DNA of 64,000 nt. Origin: an uncultured Bifidobacteriaceae bacterium (GTDB lineage: Bacteria > Acidobacteriota > Vicinamibacteria > Vicinamibacterales > UBA2999). The position numbers and the translations under genes were made by a program. The stretch lies in assembly GCA_964643765.1 (NCBI GenBank), contig CAZXTM010000002.1:209237-273236 (forward strand), read 5' to 3'. The notes under the pieces were generated by a model. The model had not been told where the DNA came from, made no database searches, and saw only the letters and a program-made list of their open reading frames with translations. Positions 9,883 to 19,953 of the stretch are shown in pieces. Within the stretch, counting starts at the first letter, position 1, and every line of letters starts with the position of its first letter.

Positions 9883-10161
9883 GTGATCAGAAGCTTCAGG
9901 CACAAAGGCATTGAACGCTTCTTCCGGGCTGGCTCCCTCGCGGGTATTCAGGCCGCTCATGCCCCGCGCCTGGCCCGCCAGTTGTCTGCGCTCGAGTCGG
10001 CAGCGCGGCCCGAAGACATGAATCGCCCGGGTTGGCAGTGGCACCCACTCAAGGGCGCACGCTCTGGGCATTGGGCGGTCGGCGTCAGCGGCAACTGGCG
10101 GTTGACGTTTGCGTTTGAGGACGGCGATGCCGTCCTTGTCGACTATCTTGATTACCACTAG
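9883..10161 (+). CDS. higB: HigB-type toxin (RelE/ParE superfamily, plasmid maintenance system killer protein)
   Basis: From GTG 9883 the product is VIRSFRHKGIERFF...GHWAVGVSGNWRLTFAFEDGDAVLVDYLDYH, the canonical HigB N- and C-termini. The track ORF start at 9835 adds 16 non-homologous residues. Confidence 0.8.
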   Translation: MIRSFRHKGIERFFRAGSLAGIQAAHAPRLARQLSALESAARPEDMNRPGWQWHPLKGARSGHWAVGVSGNWRLTFAFEDGDAVLVDYLDYH

Positions 10162-10168
10162 GGCACAC

Positions 10169-10489
10169 ATGAGCCAGATGTTTAATCCTCCGCACCCCGG
10201 CCTGACACTGAGGGACGACATTCTGCCGGCGTTGAACCTTCAGGTCGGCGAGGCCGCCGCCCAGTTGGGCGTGGATCGCACCACCCTGTCGAAGGTGCTC
10301 AACGGACGGGCCGCCATCAGTCCGGCCATGGCACTGCGCATCGAACGCTGGCTGGGCCGCGACCGGGGCGGCGCCGCCGAGGTGTGGCTGGCTCAGCAGA
10401 CGGCCTACGACGTGTGGCACGCCCGCCGGTTGGCAAAGGCCAGCAGGGCCCTGGCGCGCGTGAGGCCCGTGCGATGGCTGCCGGTGTGA
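10169..10489 (+). CDS. higA: HigA-type antitoxin (XRE-family HTH)
   Basis: MSQMFNPPHPGLTLRDDILPALNLQVGEAAAQLGVDRTTLSKVLNGRAAISPAMALRIERWLG matches the HigA HTH. ATG 10169 lies 8 nt after the higB stop. Confidence 0.8.
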   Translation: MSQMFNPPHPGLTLRDDILPALNLQVGEAAAQLGVDRTTLSKVLNGRAAISPAMALRIERWLGRDRGGAAEVWLAQQTAYDVWHARRLAKASRALARVRPVRWLPV

Positions 10490-10537
10490 GGGTCGCCCGG
10501 TTGGGCGTCGTGCGCAGCCCCGCCCAGTGACGCCGCG

Positions 10538-11374
10538 TCAGTGGTCAGCCGCGGGCCGCACCGCCCGAAGGCCCTGCACGCCGTGCCTGGCTATGAGGTC
10601 GGCCAGCGCACCGGTCGCCACCATGTCGCGGACAAACTGGTCAACGGCCGCAGCGGCTCCCGCAGGGCGGCCCTTCGGCACGGCGAGTCCGTGATTCACG
10701 GTTGTGAATCCGCCATCGAGCACGCGCACGTCGGGCGAGCGATCGTAGGCCTCGTGCAGGGTGGGGGCTAGCCCGGCCACAGCGTCGACCTCGCCCTTCC
10801 GCAGCAGATCCATCGAGGCCTCGCTGGTCGCCGGGCGCAGCAGGGTCGCCTGCTGCAGGGTGCGTGTCAGGAACAGCTCATAGCCCGTGCGCGGGGCCGC
10901 CGCCACGCGGCGCCCGGGACGGTCGACGTCGGCCACCGCGCCAATCACCGAGCCTCGCGCGACGACGTAGGTGGCCTCAATCTCGGTCATCGGCGATGAA
11001 AAGGTCACGACATCGGCGCGGGCCGGTTCGATGGCTAGGATAGCCACGTCCCACGTGCCGCTGCCGGCGCTGGCCGCCACATCACCAGGCGTGGCGTGCA
11101 TGACATGCGTGACCGCCACGCCGAGGCGCTGCCCAAGGGCTGCCACGAGGTCGATGCCGACGCCTCGCGGCGCGCCGGTGGCCGGGTCGCGTGTGGTGAA
11201 GAGTGCGTTGCCGAAATTGACGCCCACGCGCAGCGTGCCGGTGGGCGCGATGAGGGCACGGGCGGCAGCGACGGGATCTGCGGTCCCCTGCGTGGCGCGG
11301 GTGGCGCCTGTCGCGCTCATCACGAGCCACCCCGCAAGAACGCACGCGACGGTCGGCCAACGTGATGCGCGCAT
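10538..11374 (-). CDS. Periplasmic solute-binding protein (family 3, amino-acid ABC type), orphan
   Basis: Signal peptide MRASRWPTVACVLAGWLVMSATGA, then an SBP_bac_3-like body. The track ORF extends to 11545 across the tRNA gene, so it was trimmed to ATG 11374. There is no adjacent permease or ATPase. Confidence 0.7.
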   Translation of the reverse strand: MRASRWPTVACVLAGWLVMSATGATRATQGTADPVAAARALIAPTGTLRVGVNFGNALFTTRDPATGAPRGVGIDLVAALGQRLGVAVTHVMHATPGDVAASAGSGTWDVAILAIEPARADVVTFSSPMTEIEATYVVARGSVIGAVADVDRPGRRVAAAPRTGYELFLTRTLQQATLLRPATSEASMDLLRKGEVDAVAGLAPTLHEAYDRSPDVRVLDGGFTTVNHGLAVPKGRPAGAAAAVDQFVRDMVATGALADLIARHGVQGLRAVRPAADH

Positions 11375-11412
11375 GTGAACCTGAGCCTGCGTGTGAGCCG
11401 CCCCATGGATGC

Positions 11413-11502
<90 letters not shown>

Positions 11503-11569
11503 GCGTGCCCCTGATTATCGCACCATCGCGCTCGGCGGCGTGCACCCCCGCGGCGCGGGACCGTCCGGC

Positions 11570-12862
11570 CTAGGCCCGCGGCGTGCCGATGACCGTGCGT
11601 CCGCCCATGTAGGGGCGCAGCGCCTCGGGCACCACCACCGTGCCGTCGGCCTGCTGATAGTTCTCGAGCACGGCGATGAGCGTGCGGCCCACGGCCAGTC
11701 CCGATCCGTTCAGCGTGTGCACATACTCGGCCTTGCCCGTGCCGTCGGGACGGAAGCGGATGTTTGCCCGGCGCGCCTGGAACGCCTCGCAGTTCGAGCA
11801 CGACGAAATCTCGCGGTAGGTCTGCTGGCTGGGCAGCCACACTTCGATGTCGTACGTCTTCGAGGCCGAAAAGCCCATATCCCCCGTGCACAGCGCCATC
11901 GTCCGGTAGGGCAGCTGCAGCAGCTGCAGCACGCGTTCGGCGTTGGCGGTGAGCGACTCGAGTTCGTCGTACGAGGTGTCGGGCGTGGCGAACTTTACCA
12001 GCTCGACCTTGTCGAACTGGTGCTGACGAATCAGGCCGCGCACATCAGAGCCATACGAGCCGGCCTCGCTGCGGAAACACGGCGTGTAGGCGGTGTACTT
12101 CAGCGGCAGCTGGCGGCCGTCCAGAATCTCACCACGGTAGAGGTTCGTCACCGGCACCTCGGCCGTGGGAATCAGATACAGATCCCACTCGCCCGCAATC
12201 TTGAAGAGGTCAGGCCCGAACTTCGGCAGCTGGCCCGTGCCGTACAGCGTGCTGCCCGACACGAGGAACGGCGGCTCGACCTCGGTGTAGCCGTGGTGAG
12301 TCGAGTGCAGCTCGAGCATGAAGTTGATGAGCGCCCGCTCGAGCTTCGCCCCGTCGCCCATCAGGAACGCAAACCGCGAACCCGACACACGGGTCGCCCG
12401 CTCGAAGTCGATGATGCCGAGCTCGGGGCCGCTGTCCCAGTGCGCCTTCGGCGTAAAGTCGAACACGCGGCGCTCGCCCCAGGCCCGCACCTCGACGTTG
12501 TCGGCGGCACTGCGGCCGACCGGCACCGACGCGTGGGGCAGGTTCGGCAGGATGTCGAGGATGGCCTGCCGCTCCTGCTCGATCGTCTCGAGCTCGGCCT
12601 CCAGGCCCTTGATCGTCTGGCCGCGCTGCTTGTTGGCCTCGAAGATGTGCGACACATCCTCGCCGGCCTTCTTGGCCCGCGCGACGGCCTCGCCCGAGGC
12701 GTTCTGTTCGCGCTTCAGGCCTTCCACCTGCGGAATCATCTGGCGCCGTTTCTGGTCGAGCGCCGCCAGGGTGTCGAGTTCACGGCTGGCATCCATGCCG
12801 CGCGCCGCAAGGCCGGCACGCACACGATCGAGGTGGTCGCGGACGAATGTCGGATCAAGCAT
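11570..12862 (-). CDS. serS: Seryl-tRNA synthetase
   Basis: An N-terminal coiled-coil ([14 protein letters not shown]...) is followed by class II motifs (FRSEAGS..., [18 protein letters not shown]). Confidence 0.95.
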   Translation of the reverse strand: MLDPTFVRDHLDRVRAGLAARGMDASRELDTLAALDQKRRQMIPQVEGLKREQNASGEAVARAKKAGEDVSHIFEANKQRGQTIKGLEAELETIEQERQAILDILPNLPHASVPVGRSAADNVEVRAWGERRVFDFTPKAHWDSGPELGIIDFERATRVSGSRFAFLMGDGAKLERALINFMLELHSTHHGYTEVEPPFLVSGSTLYGTGQLPKFGPDLFKIAGEWDLYLIPTAEVPVTNLYRGEILDGRQLPLKYTAYTPCFRSEAGSYGSDVRGLIRQHQFDKVELVKFATPDTSYDELESLTANAERVLQLLQLPYRTMALCTGDMGFSASKTYDIEVWLPSQQTYREISSCSNCEAFQARRANIRFRPDGTGKAEYVHTLNGSGLAVGRTLIAVLENYQQADGTVVVPEALRPYMGGRTVIGTPRA

Positions 12863-12888
12863 GATTCAGGTGTCTTATTCTAGTGCTG

Positions 12889-13779
12889 ATGCATCCGCCT
12901 GTTCGGAAGGCCGTGTTTCCCGCCGCCGGCCTCGGCACCCGGTTCCTGCCGGCCACCAAGGCCCAGCCCAAGGAAATGCTCACGCTCGTCGACAAGCCCG
13001 TCATCCAGTACGGCGTCGAGGAGGCCGTGGCCTCGGGCCTCACCAACATCATCCTCGTCACCGGCCGGGGCAAGAACGCCATCGAAGACCACTTCGATGT
13101 GTCGGCCGAGCTCGAGTCGTTTCTCGAGACCCGCGGCAAGACCGAGCTGCTCGAGGAAGTGCGGGCGATCTCGAACCTCATCAATGTCGCCTATGTGCGC
13201 CAGGGCGAACCGCTCGGTCTGGGCCATGCCGTGCTCGTCACCGAAGACCTCGTGGCCGGTGAGCCCTTTGCCGTCGTGCTGGCTGACGATGTGATTGATG
13301 CGGAGCCGGCGGGGCTGCGGCAGATGATCGACATCTACCAGCGGACAGGCGCACCGGTCATCGCCGTCGAGCGCGTGCCGGAAGAGAGCGTCTCGAGTTA
13401 CGGCATTGTCGACGTCGAGCCTGCCCCCGAGCTCGGGCGCGGCGTGCACCGCATCAGGCACATGGTCGAGAAGCCGCCCCGGGCCGAGGCACCCTCGAAC
13501 CTGGCCATCATCGGCCGCTACATTCTCACGCCCGACATCTTCCCGGCCCTGCATGAAACAGCACGCGACCGCTCGGGCGAGATTCAGCTGACCAACGGGT
13601 TGCGCCGCCTGCTCGAGACGCGCCCCGTATACGCCTTCGAGATCGACGGCGTGCGGCATGATGCCGGCAACAAGCTGGGGTTCCTGAAGGCGGTCGTGTA
13701 CTTCGCGCTCAAGCGGCCCGAGCTGGCGGGTCCGTTCCGCGAGTACCTGGCGTCGCTCAGAGCAACGGGCGGGCGATAG
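12889..13779 (+). CDS. galU: UTP--glucose-1-phosphate uridylyltransferase
   Basis: VRKAVFPAAGLGTRFLPATKAQPKEMLTLVDKPVIQY is the GalU signature. Start is ATG 12889 or GTG 12883. Confidence 0.9.
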   Translation: MHPPVRKAVFPAAGLGTRFLPATKAQPKEMLTLVDKPVIQYGVEEAVASGLTNIILVTGRGKNAIEDHFDVSAELESFLETRGKTELLEEVRAISNLINVAYVRQGEPLGLGHAVLVTEDLVAGEPFAVVLADDVIDAEPAGLRQMIDIYQRTGAPVIAVERVPEESVSSYGIVDVEPAPELGRGVHRIRHMVEKPPRAEAPSNLAIIGRYILTPDIFPALHETARDRSGEIQLTNGLRRLLETRPVYAFEIDGVRHDAGNKLGFLKAVVYFALKRPELAGPFREYLASLRATGGR

Positions 13780-13789
13780 CCCGGCCCGC

Positions 13790-14107
13790 CTACTTCGACG
13801 GGGCGTCGGTCTTGGCAGGGGCCGCAGGCGCCGCCGGAGTCGAGGTGCTGCCGGTCGCGCTGTCTGACGCACCGGTCGATCCGCCTGACTCGTTCTTGCC
13901 GGGTGCCACGTTGCCACCGGATGATCCCGACCGTGCGTAGTCGGTGATGTACCAGCCCGACCCCTTGAACTGAATCGCGGGCGACGACAGCAGCTTGGCC
14001 ACCGGCCCCGAGCAGGTCGGGCACTGCGTCAGGGGCGCGTCCGAAAACTTCTGAATCACCTCGAAGCGGTGTCCACACGCTTCGCACTGATATTCGTAGA
14101 GCGGCAT
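13790..14107 (-). CDS. FmdB-family zinc-ribbon protein (CxxC-CxxC) with a low-complexity tail
   Basis: MPLYEYQCEACGHRFEVIQKFSDAPLTQCPTCSGPV is the FmdB family signature. Confidence 0.8.
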   Translation of the reverse strand: MPLYEYQCEACGHRFEVIQKFSDAPLTQCPTCSGPVAKLLSSPAIQFKGSGWYITDYARSGSSGGNVAPGKNESGGSTGASDSATGSTSTPAAPAAPAKTDAPSK

Positions 14108-14113
14108 GTCGGG

Positions 14114-15775
14114 TTACTCCAGAGGATCGCCGTCGGCGTGCTGCAGCATCAGGCGGCGCAGCTGGGGAAACGTGGCCGCGCCCTGCGACAGGAACGCGTC
14201 GTGGAAGGCCCTGAGCGTGGGCTTGCCCGGCTGCTCGTCCATCCAGTCGCGGCGCAGCTTCTGCAGCATGAGCTTGCCCGCCGAATACACCAGATAGGTC
14301 GGGTCGAACGTGCCGCGTTCCGCCTCGCGACGGGCGGCCGCCTCTTCCAGGTAGGCTTCTTCGCGGAAGAACCGCACCCCCTGCTCGACCGACCAGTCGT
14401 CGGTGTGCAGCTTGAGGCACACCACAAATCGCGCCAGGCGCACCAGGGCCTCGCCGAGCTGGCCCAGCTTCATCGCATGATCGCCACGCCCGAAGCCCGC
14501 CTCGAGCATCATCTCTTCGCAGTAGTGGGCCCACCCTTCGATGTAGGAGAGCGGGGCCAGCAGCGTCGAGCGGCGCACCTTCGACGAGGCGCGGCGCAAA
14601 TGGTGGAAGTGCAGGTAGTGCCCCGGATACACCTCGTGCATCGAGATGTTCCAGAGGGTCGGAATGTTGTAGTCGCGCAGGTGCTCGACCTTCCGATCGT
14701 CGGTCCACCCGGGCTCGACGTCGGTCAGGCAGTAGACGGCCCGCGACATCCGCGTTTCGAACGGCCCGGGCGTCCACATGCTGGCAAACGACCAGCGCAG
14801 GAAATCGGGCGTCGGGGCCACCACCACATCGTCTTCCTGGGGGAGGTCGACGACCGAGCCCTTGGCCAGGAAGGCCCGCAGCTGGGCCACCTGCTCCTGG
14901 GCGGTCGTAATGAGCGCCCCCGGGGCCGGATGCTGCTGCCGCACCTGAGCCCAGATGTCCAGGGGATCGCCGGTGCCGCCGATGCGGGCGGCCGTCTGCC
15001 GGAACTCGTCCTGCACCCGCGACAGCTCGCGCAGGGCGATGGTCAGCAGCCGGTCGGACGACAGCTGGATGCCTTCGTCCAGGCGGAGCTTCTGCTCGAA
15101 GACGTCGCGTCCCAGCCGGAATGAACCCTTGGCGCGCGGACGCAGGTCATTCTCGAGGTAAGCCACATACTCGTCGACCGCCTGCACGGCCTCGGTCGAG
15201 GCATCGGCCAGGTCGGCCAGCAGGTGCAGGTCGTCGACCCGCGAGAAGGCCCGGGGAATGTCGGCATCGATGAACGTGCGCACCCCCCGCCAGCTTTCGA
15301 GGCCAATCTTGATGAAGATGGCGGGCGGTTCCTTGACGTTCTCGCGCGCCGCCTGAATCAGGCGCGGCACCTGCCGCAGCTTCGACAGCACCCGGCGGGC
15401 GCGGTCTTCCTCGGGGGCGTAGGTGAACAGGGCCTGCGCCGCCAGCGATGAGGCCAGCAGGTCGGCGTAGATGTGGGGGTTCTTTTCCCAGGCCCGGGTG
15501 ACCTCGAGGTCGAACTGCCGCGAGCGGATGTTGGCCTCGACCATCGCGCGGTCGGCCTGCTCGCCCGGCGTCAGTCCCTCGGCCGGAATGGCATCGAGCC
15601 GGCGGGCAAACCCGGCCAGCGCTCCAAGATGGCGGTCGATGGCGGTCCGCCGGTAGTCTTCCAGGAGGTCGTCGTTGAGGTGAACGCCGTCAAAAGTCGC
15701 CTGCGTCGGGCATGCCTCGTAGAGATACGTCAGGTAGGCGTCGACGAAGTGGCTCAGGGGTTCCGCAGCATGCAT
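14114..15775 (-). CDS. DUF885-family protein (metallopeptidase-like HExxPGH motif)
   Basis: MHEVYPGHYLHFHH and the overall length fit DUF885. The start is taken at the second Met (15775); the track start is 15802. Confidence 0.7.
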   Translation of the reverse strand: MHAAEPLSHFVDAYLTYLYEACPTQATFDGVHLNDDLLEDYRRTAIDRHLGALAGFARRLDAIPAEGLTPGEQADRAMVEANIRSRQFDLEVTRAWEKNPHIYADLLASSLAAQALFTYAPEEDRARRVLSKLRQVPRLIQAARENVKEPPAIFIKIGLESWRGVRTFIDADIPRAFSRVDDLHLLADLADASTEAVQAVDEYVAYLENDLRPRAKGSFRLGRDVFEQKLRLDEGIQLSSDRLLTIALRELSRVQDEFRQTAARIGGTGDPLDIWAQVRQQHPAPGALITTAQEQVAQLRAFLAKGSVVDLPQEDDVVVAPTPDFLRWSFASMWTPGPFETRMSRAVYCLTDVEPGWTDDRKVEHLRDYNIPTLWNISMHEVYPGHYLHFHHLRRASSKVRRSTLLAPLSYIEGWAHYCEEMMLEAGFGRGDHAMKLGQLGEALVRLARFVVCLKLHTDDWSVEQGVRFFREEAYLEEAAARREAERGTFDPTYLVYSAGKLMLQKLRRDWMDEQPGKPTLRAFHDAFLSQGAATFPQLRRLMLQHADGDPLE

Positions 15776-15777
15776 GA

Positions 15778-16677
15778 GTGGAAGACAGCAGACTCGGTCC
15801 ACGGCGTCTCACCGCAGACATCTCTCAAGGTTACAATAATTTCGTGGCCGGTACGCTCTTTGTCGTCGCGACGCCCATCGGGCATCTGGACGATATCTCC
15901 GTCCGAGCCCTCCGCGTCCTCGGCCAGGTCAACCTGGTGGCCGCCGAAGACACCCGGCGCAGCGGCAACCTGCTGCGGCACTTCGGCATCACGACCCCGC
16001 TTGTGTCGTGCCATGCGCACAACGAAGGGGCGCGCGCCCCGCGCCTGGTCGAGCAACTGCTTGCCGGTCAATCAGTTGCCCTGGTCTCAGATGCCGGCAC
16101 CCCGGGCATTTCCGACCCAGGGGCCGAGCTGGTGCAGATGGCCCGCCGGGCCGGCATCCGGGTCGAAGCCATCCCCGGGCCGAGCGCCGTCGCCGCCGCC
16201 GTCTCGGCAGCCGGCCTCGATCGGCCAGGCTTTTCGTTTCTGGGATTTCCACCTGTTAAGGGAAAAGACCGAAAAGAATGGTTCTCGTGGGCGAACACGG
16301 TGCTCAACCACGGGACCGTCGTCTGCTTCGAAGCGCCTCATCGCGTCAGACAAACGCTGGAAGATCTCGGTGTTTTTGTTGAATACCCGATTCTTGTCTT
16401 CCGAGAGCTGACCAAACTCCACGAAGAAACCATGGAGGGGCGTCCATCCGAGATCGCCGCACGGCTCTCGGTGCCCCAGGGTGAATTCACCCTCGTCATC
16501 CCGCCACGCCCCGAGCCGGCGATGGCGGTCGACGTGCCCTCGGACGAGGCGCTCAGGCAGCTGGTGGCCGAAGCCGCCGCCGATGGCGCACACTCGCCCC
16601 GAGAAGCCGCCAGGATAGTCGCCGACAAATTTGGTCTTTCGACAAAATTTGTCTACAACCTTTCGAAAGACGCCTGA
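15778..16677 (+). CDS. rsmI: 16S rRNA (cytidine1402-2'-O)-methyltransferase
   Basis: LFVVATPIGHLDDISVRALRVLGQVNLVAAEDTRRSGNLLRHFGI is the RsmI signature. GTG 15844 is an alternative start and would relieve the head-to-head abutment with the DUF885 gene. Confidence 0.85.
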   Translation: MEDSRLGPRRLTADISQGYNNFVAGTLFVVATPIGHLDDISVRALRVLGQVNLVAAEDTRRSGNLLRHFGITTPLVSCHAHNEGARAPRLVEQLLAGQSVALVSDAGTPGISDPGAELVQMARRAGIRVEAIPGPSAVAAAVSAAGLDRPGFSFLGFPPVKGKDRKEWFSWANTVLNHGTVVCFEAPHRVRQTLEDLGVFVEYPILVFRELTKLHEETMEGRPSEIAARLSVPQGEFTLVIPPRPEPAMAVDVPSDEALRQLVAEAAADGAHSPREAARIVADKFGLSTKFVYNLSKDA

Positions 16678-16678
16678 C

Positions 16679-18088
16679 ATGTCGACACCCGCTCCCCTCC
16701 ACATTGTGGTCCTCGCCGCCGGCAAGGGCACCCGGATGAAGTCCGCCCGCCCCAAGGTGCTCCACGAAGCGGCCGGGCTCTCACTGCTCCGGCACGTCCT
16801 GCGCACCGCCGACGCCCTCTCCCCCGCGTCCACAACCGTCATCGTCGGCCACGAACATGCGCAGGTGACGGCCCATCTGGCCGACCTGCCCCACGTCACC
16901 ACCGTCATCCAGGAACCCCAGCTGGGCACCGGGCACGCCCTGCTCCAGGGAGAATCCGTGCTGACCGGGCGCCTCGGCACCCTCGTCCTGCTCTCGGGAG
17001 ACGTCCCGCTGCTGACCCCAGCCACGCTCAGCGCCCTGGTCGCCACCCATGACGCCGCCGGCGCCGCCGCCACGGTCATGACCGCCATGATTGAGCGGCC
17101 CACCGGCTACGGCCGGATCCTACGGGCCGAAGGCGGAGACATCACCCGCATCGTCGAGGAACGCGATGCCTCGCCCGCCGAGCGCGAGATCAAGGAAGTG
17201 AACGCCGGCATCTACGCCTTCGACCTAGCCCCGCTGTTCGAGGCCCTGCGCAGCATCGGATCCGCCAACGCCCAGAACGAATACTACCTGCCAGACCTCA
17301 TCGCCATCTACCGGCAGCAGCGCAGGACCGTGGCCACCTGGACCATTCCCAATGCCGCCGAAGTGCGGGGCGTGAACAGCCGTTCGGAACTGGCCGAGGT
17401 GGCGCGCCTCCTCTACCGGCGCAATGCCGACGACCTGATGGCTGCCGGTGTGACCCTCATCAACCCGGTCGCTACGTCCATCGACGTCGGGGTCACCGTG
17501 GGTGCGGACAGCGTGCTCTATCCCGGCGTCATGCTGCAGGGGCGCACCGTCATTGGCCGCGACTGCACCATCCTCCCGGGGTCACGGTTGCTCAATGCCA
17601 CCCTCGGCGACGGCGTGACCGTGCTGGATCACTGCCTCATCACAGACACGCACGTCGGCGACGGTGCCCAAGTCGGTCCCTTCGCGCACCTGCGCCCCGG
17701 AAGCCGCCTGGGCCGGAAGGCCAAGGTGGGCAACTTCGTCGAGCTCAAGAAGGCCTCGCTGGGCGACGGTGCCAAGGTCAACCATCTCTCCTACGTGGGC
17801 GATGCCACGATCGGTGACAAGGCCAATATCGGCGCGGGCACCATCACCTGCAACTATGACGGCGTGCACAAGCACCAGACCGTCGTGGGCGCCGGGGCGT
17901 TTGTGGGCAGCAACTCGACGCTGGTCGCCCCGGTCACCATCGGCGACAATGCCTACGTGGCGGCCGGGTCGACCGTGACAGCGCCCGTCCCAGACGATGC
18001 CCTGGCTGTTGGCCGCGCGCGCCAGCAGAACAAAGATGGCTGGGCAGCCAGACGCCGCGCCAGGCAGCAGGCGTCCTCACGCGACTGA
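16679..18088 (+). CDS. glmU: Bifunctional N-acetylglucosamine-1-phosphate uridyltransferase / glucosamine-1-phosphate acetyltransferase
   Basis: HIVVLAAGKGTRMKS plus C-terminal hexapeptide repeats. ATG 16679 lies 2 nt after the rsmI stop. Confidence 0.95.
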   Translation: MSTPAPLHIVVLAAGKGTRMKSARPKVLHEAAGLSLLRHVLRTADALSPASTTVIVGHEHAQVTAHLADLPHVTTVIQEPQLGTGHALLQGESVLTGRLGTLVLLSGDVPLLTPATLSALVATHDAAGAAATVMTAMIERPTGYGRILRAEGGDITRIVEERDASPAEREIKEVNAGIYAFDLAPLFEALRSIGSANAQNEYYLPDLIAIYRQQRRTVATWTIPNAAEVRGVNSRSELAEVARLLYRRNADDLMAAGVTLINPVATSIDVGVTVGADSVLYPGVMLQGRTVIGRDCTILPGSRLLNATLGDGVTVLDHCLITDTHVGDGAQVGPFAHLRPGSRLGRKAKVGNFVELKKASLGDGAKVNHLSYVGDATIGDKANIGAGTITCNYDGVHKHQTVVGAGAFVGSNSTLVAPVTIGDNAYVAAGSTVTAPVPDDALAVGRARQQNKDGWAARRRARQQASSRD

Positions 18089-18103
18089 GGTCACCACCAC
18101 ACC

Positions 18104-19948
<1,845 letters not shown>

Positions 19949-19953
19949 CGGGC

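Noticed and set aside
15775-15844. Apparent head-to-head abutment or overlap of the DUF885 and rsmI starts (15775/15802 versus 15778).
   Set aside because: This is most likely start-codon ambiguity. rsmI can start at GTG 15844, just before the conserved LFVVATPIG. I do not treat it as a real overlap.
18089-18103. I looked for a glmS ribozyme upstream of glmS.
   Set aside because: Only 15 nt separate glmU and glmS, which leaves no room for the ribozyme.
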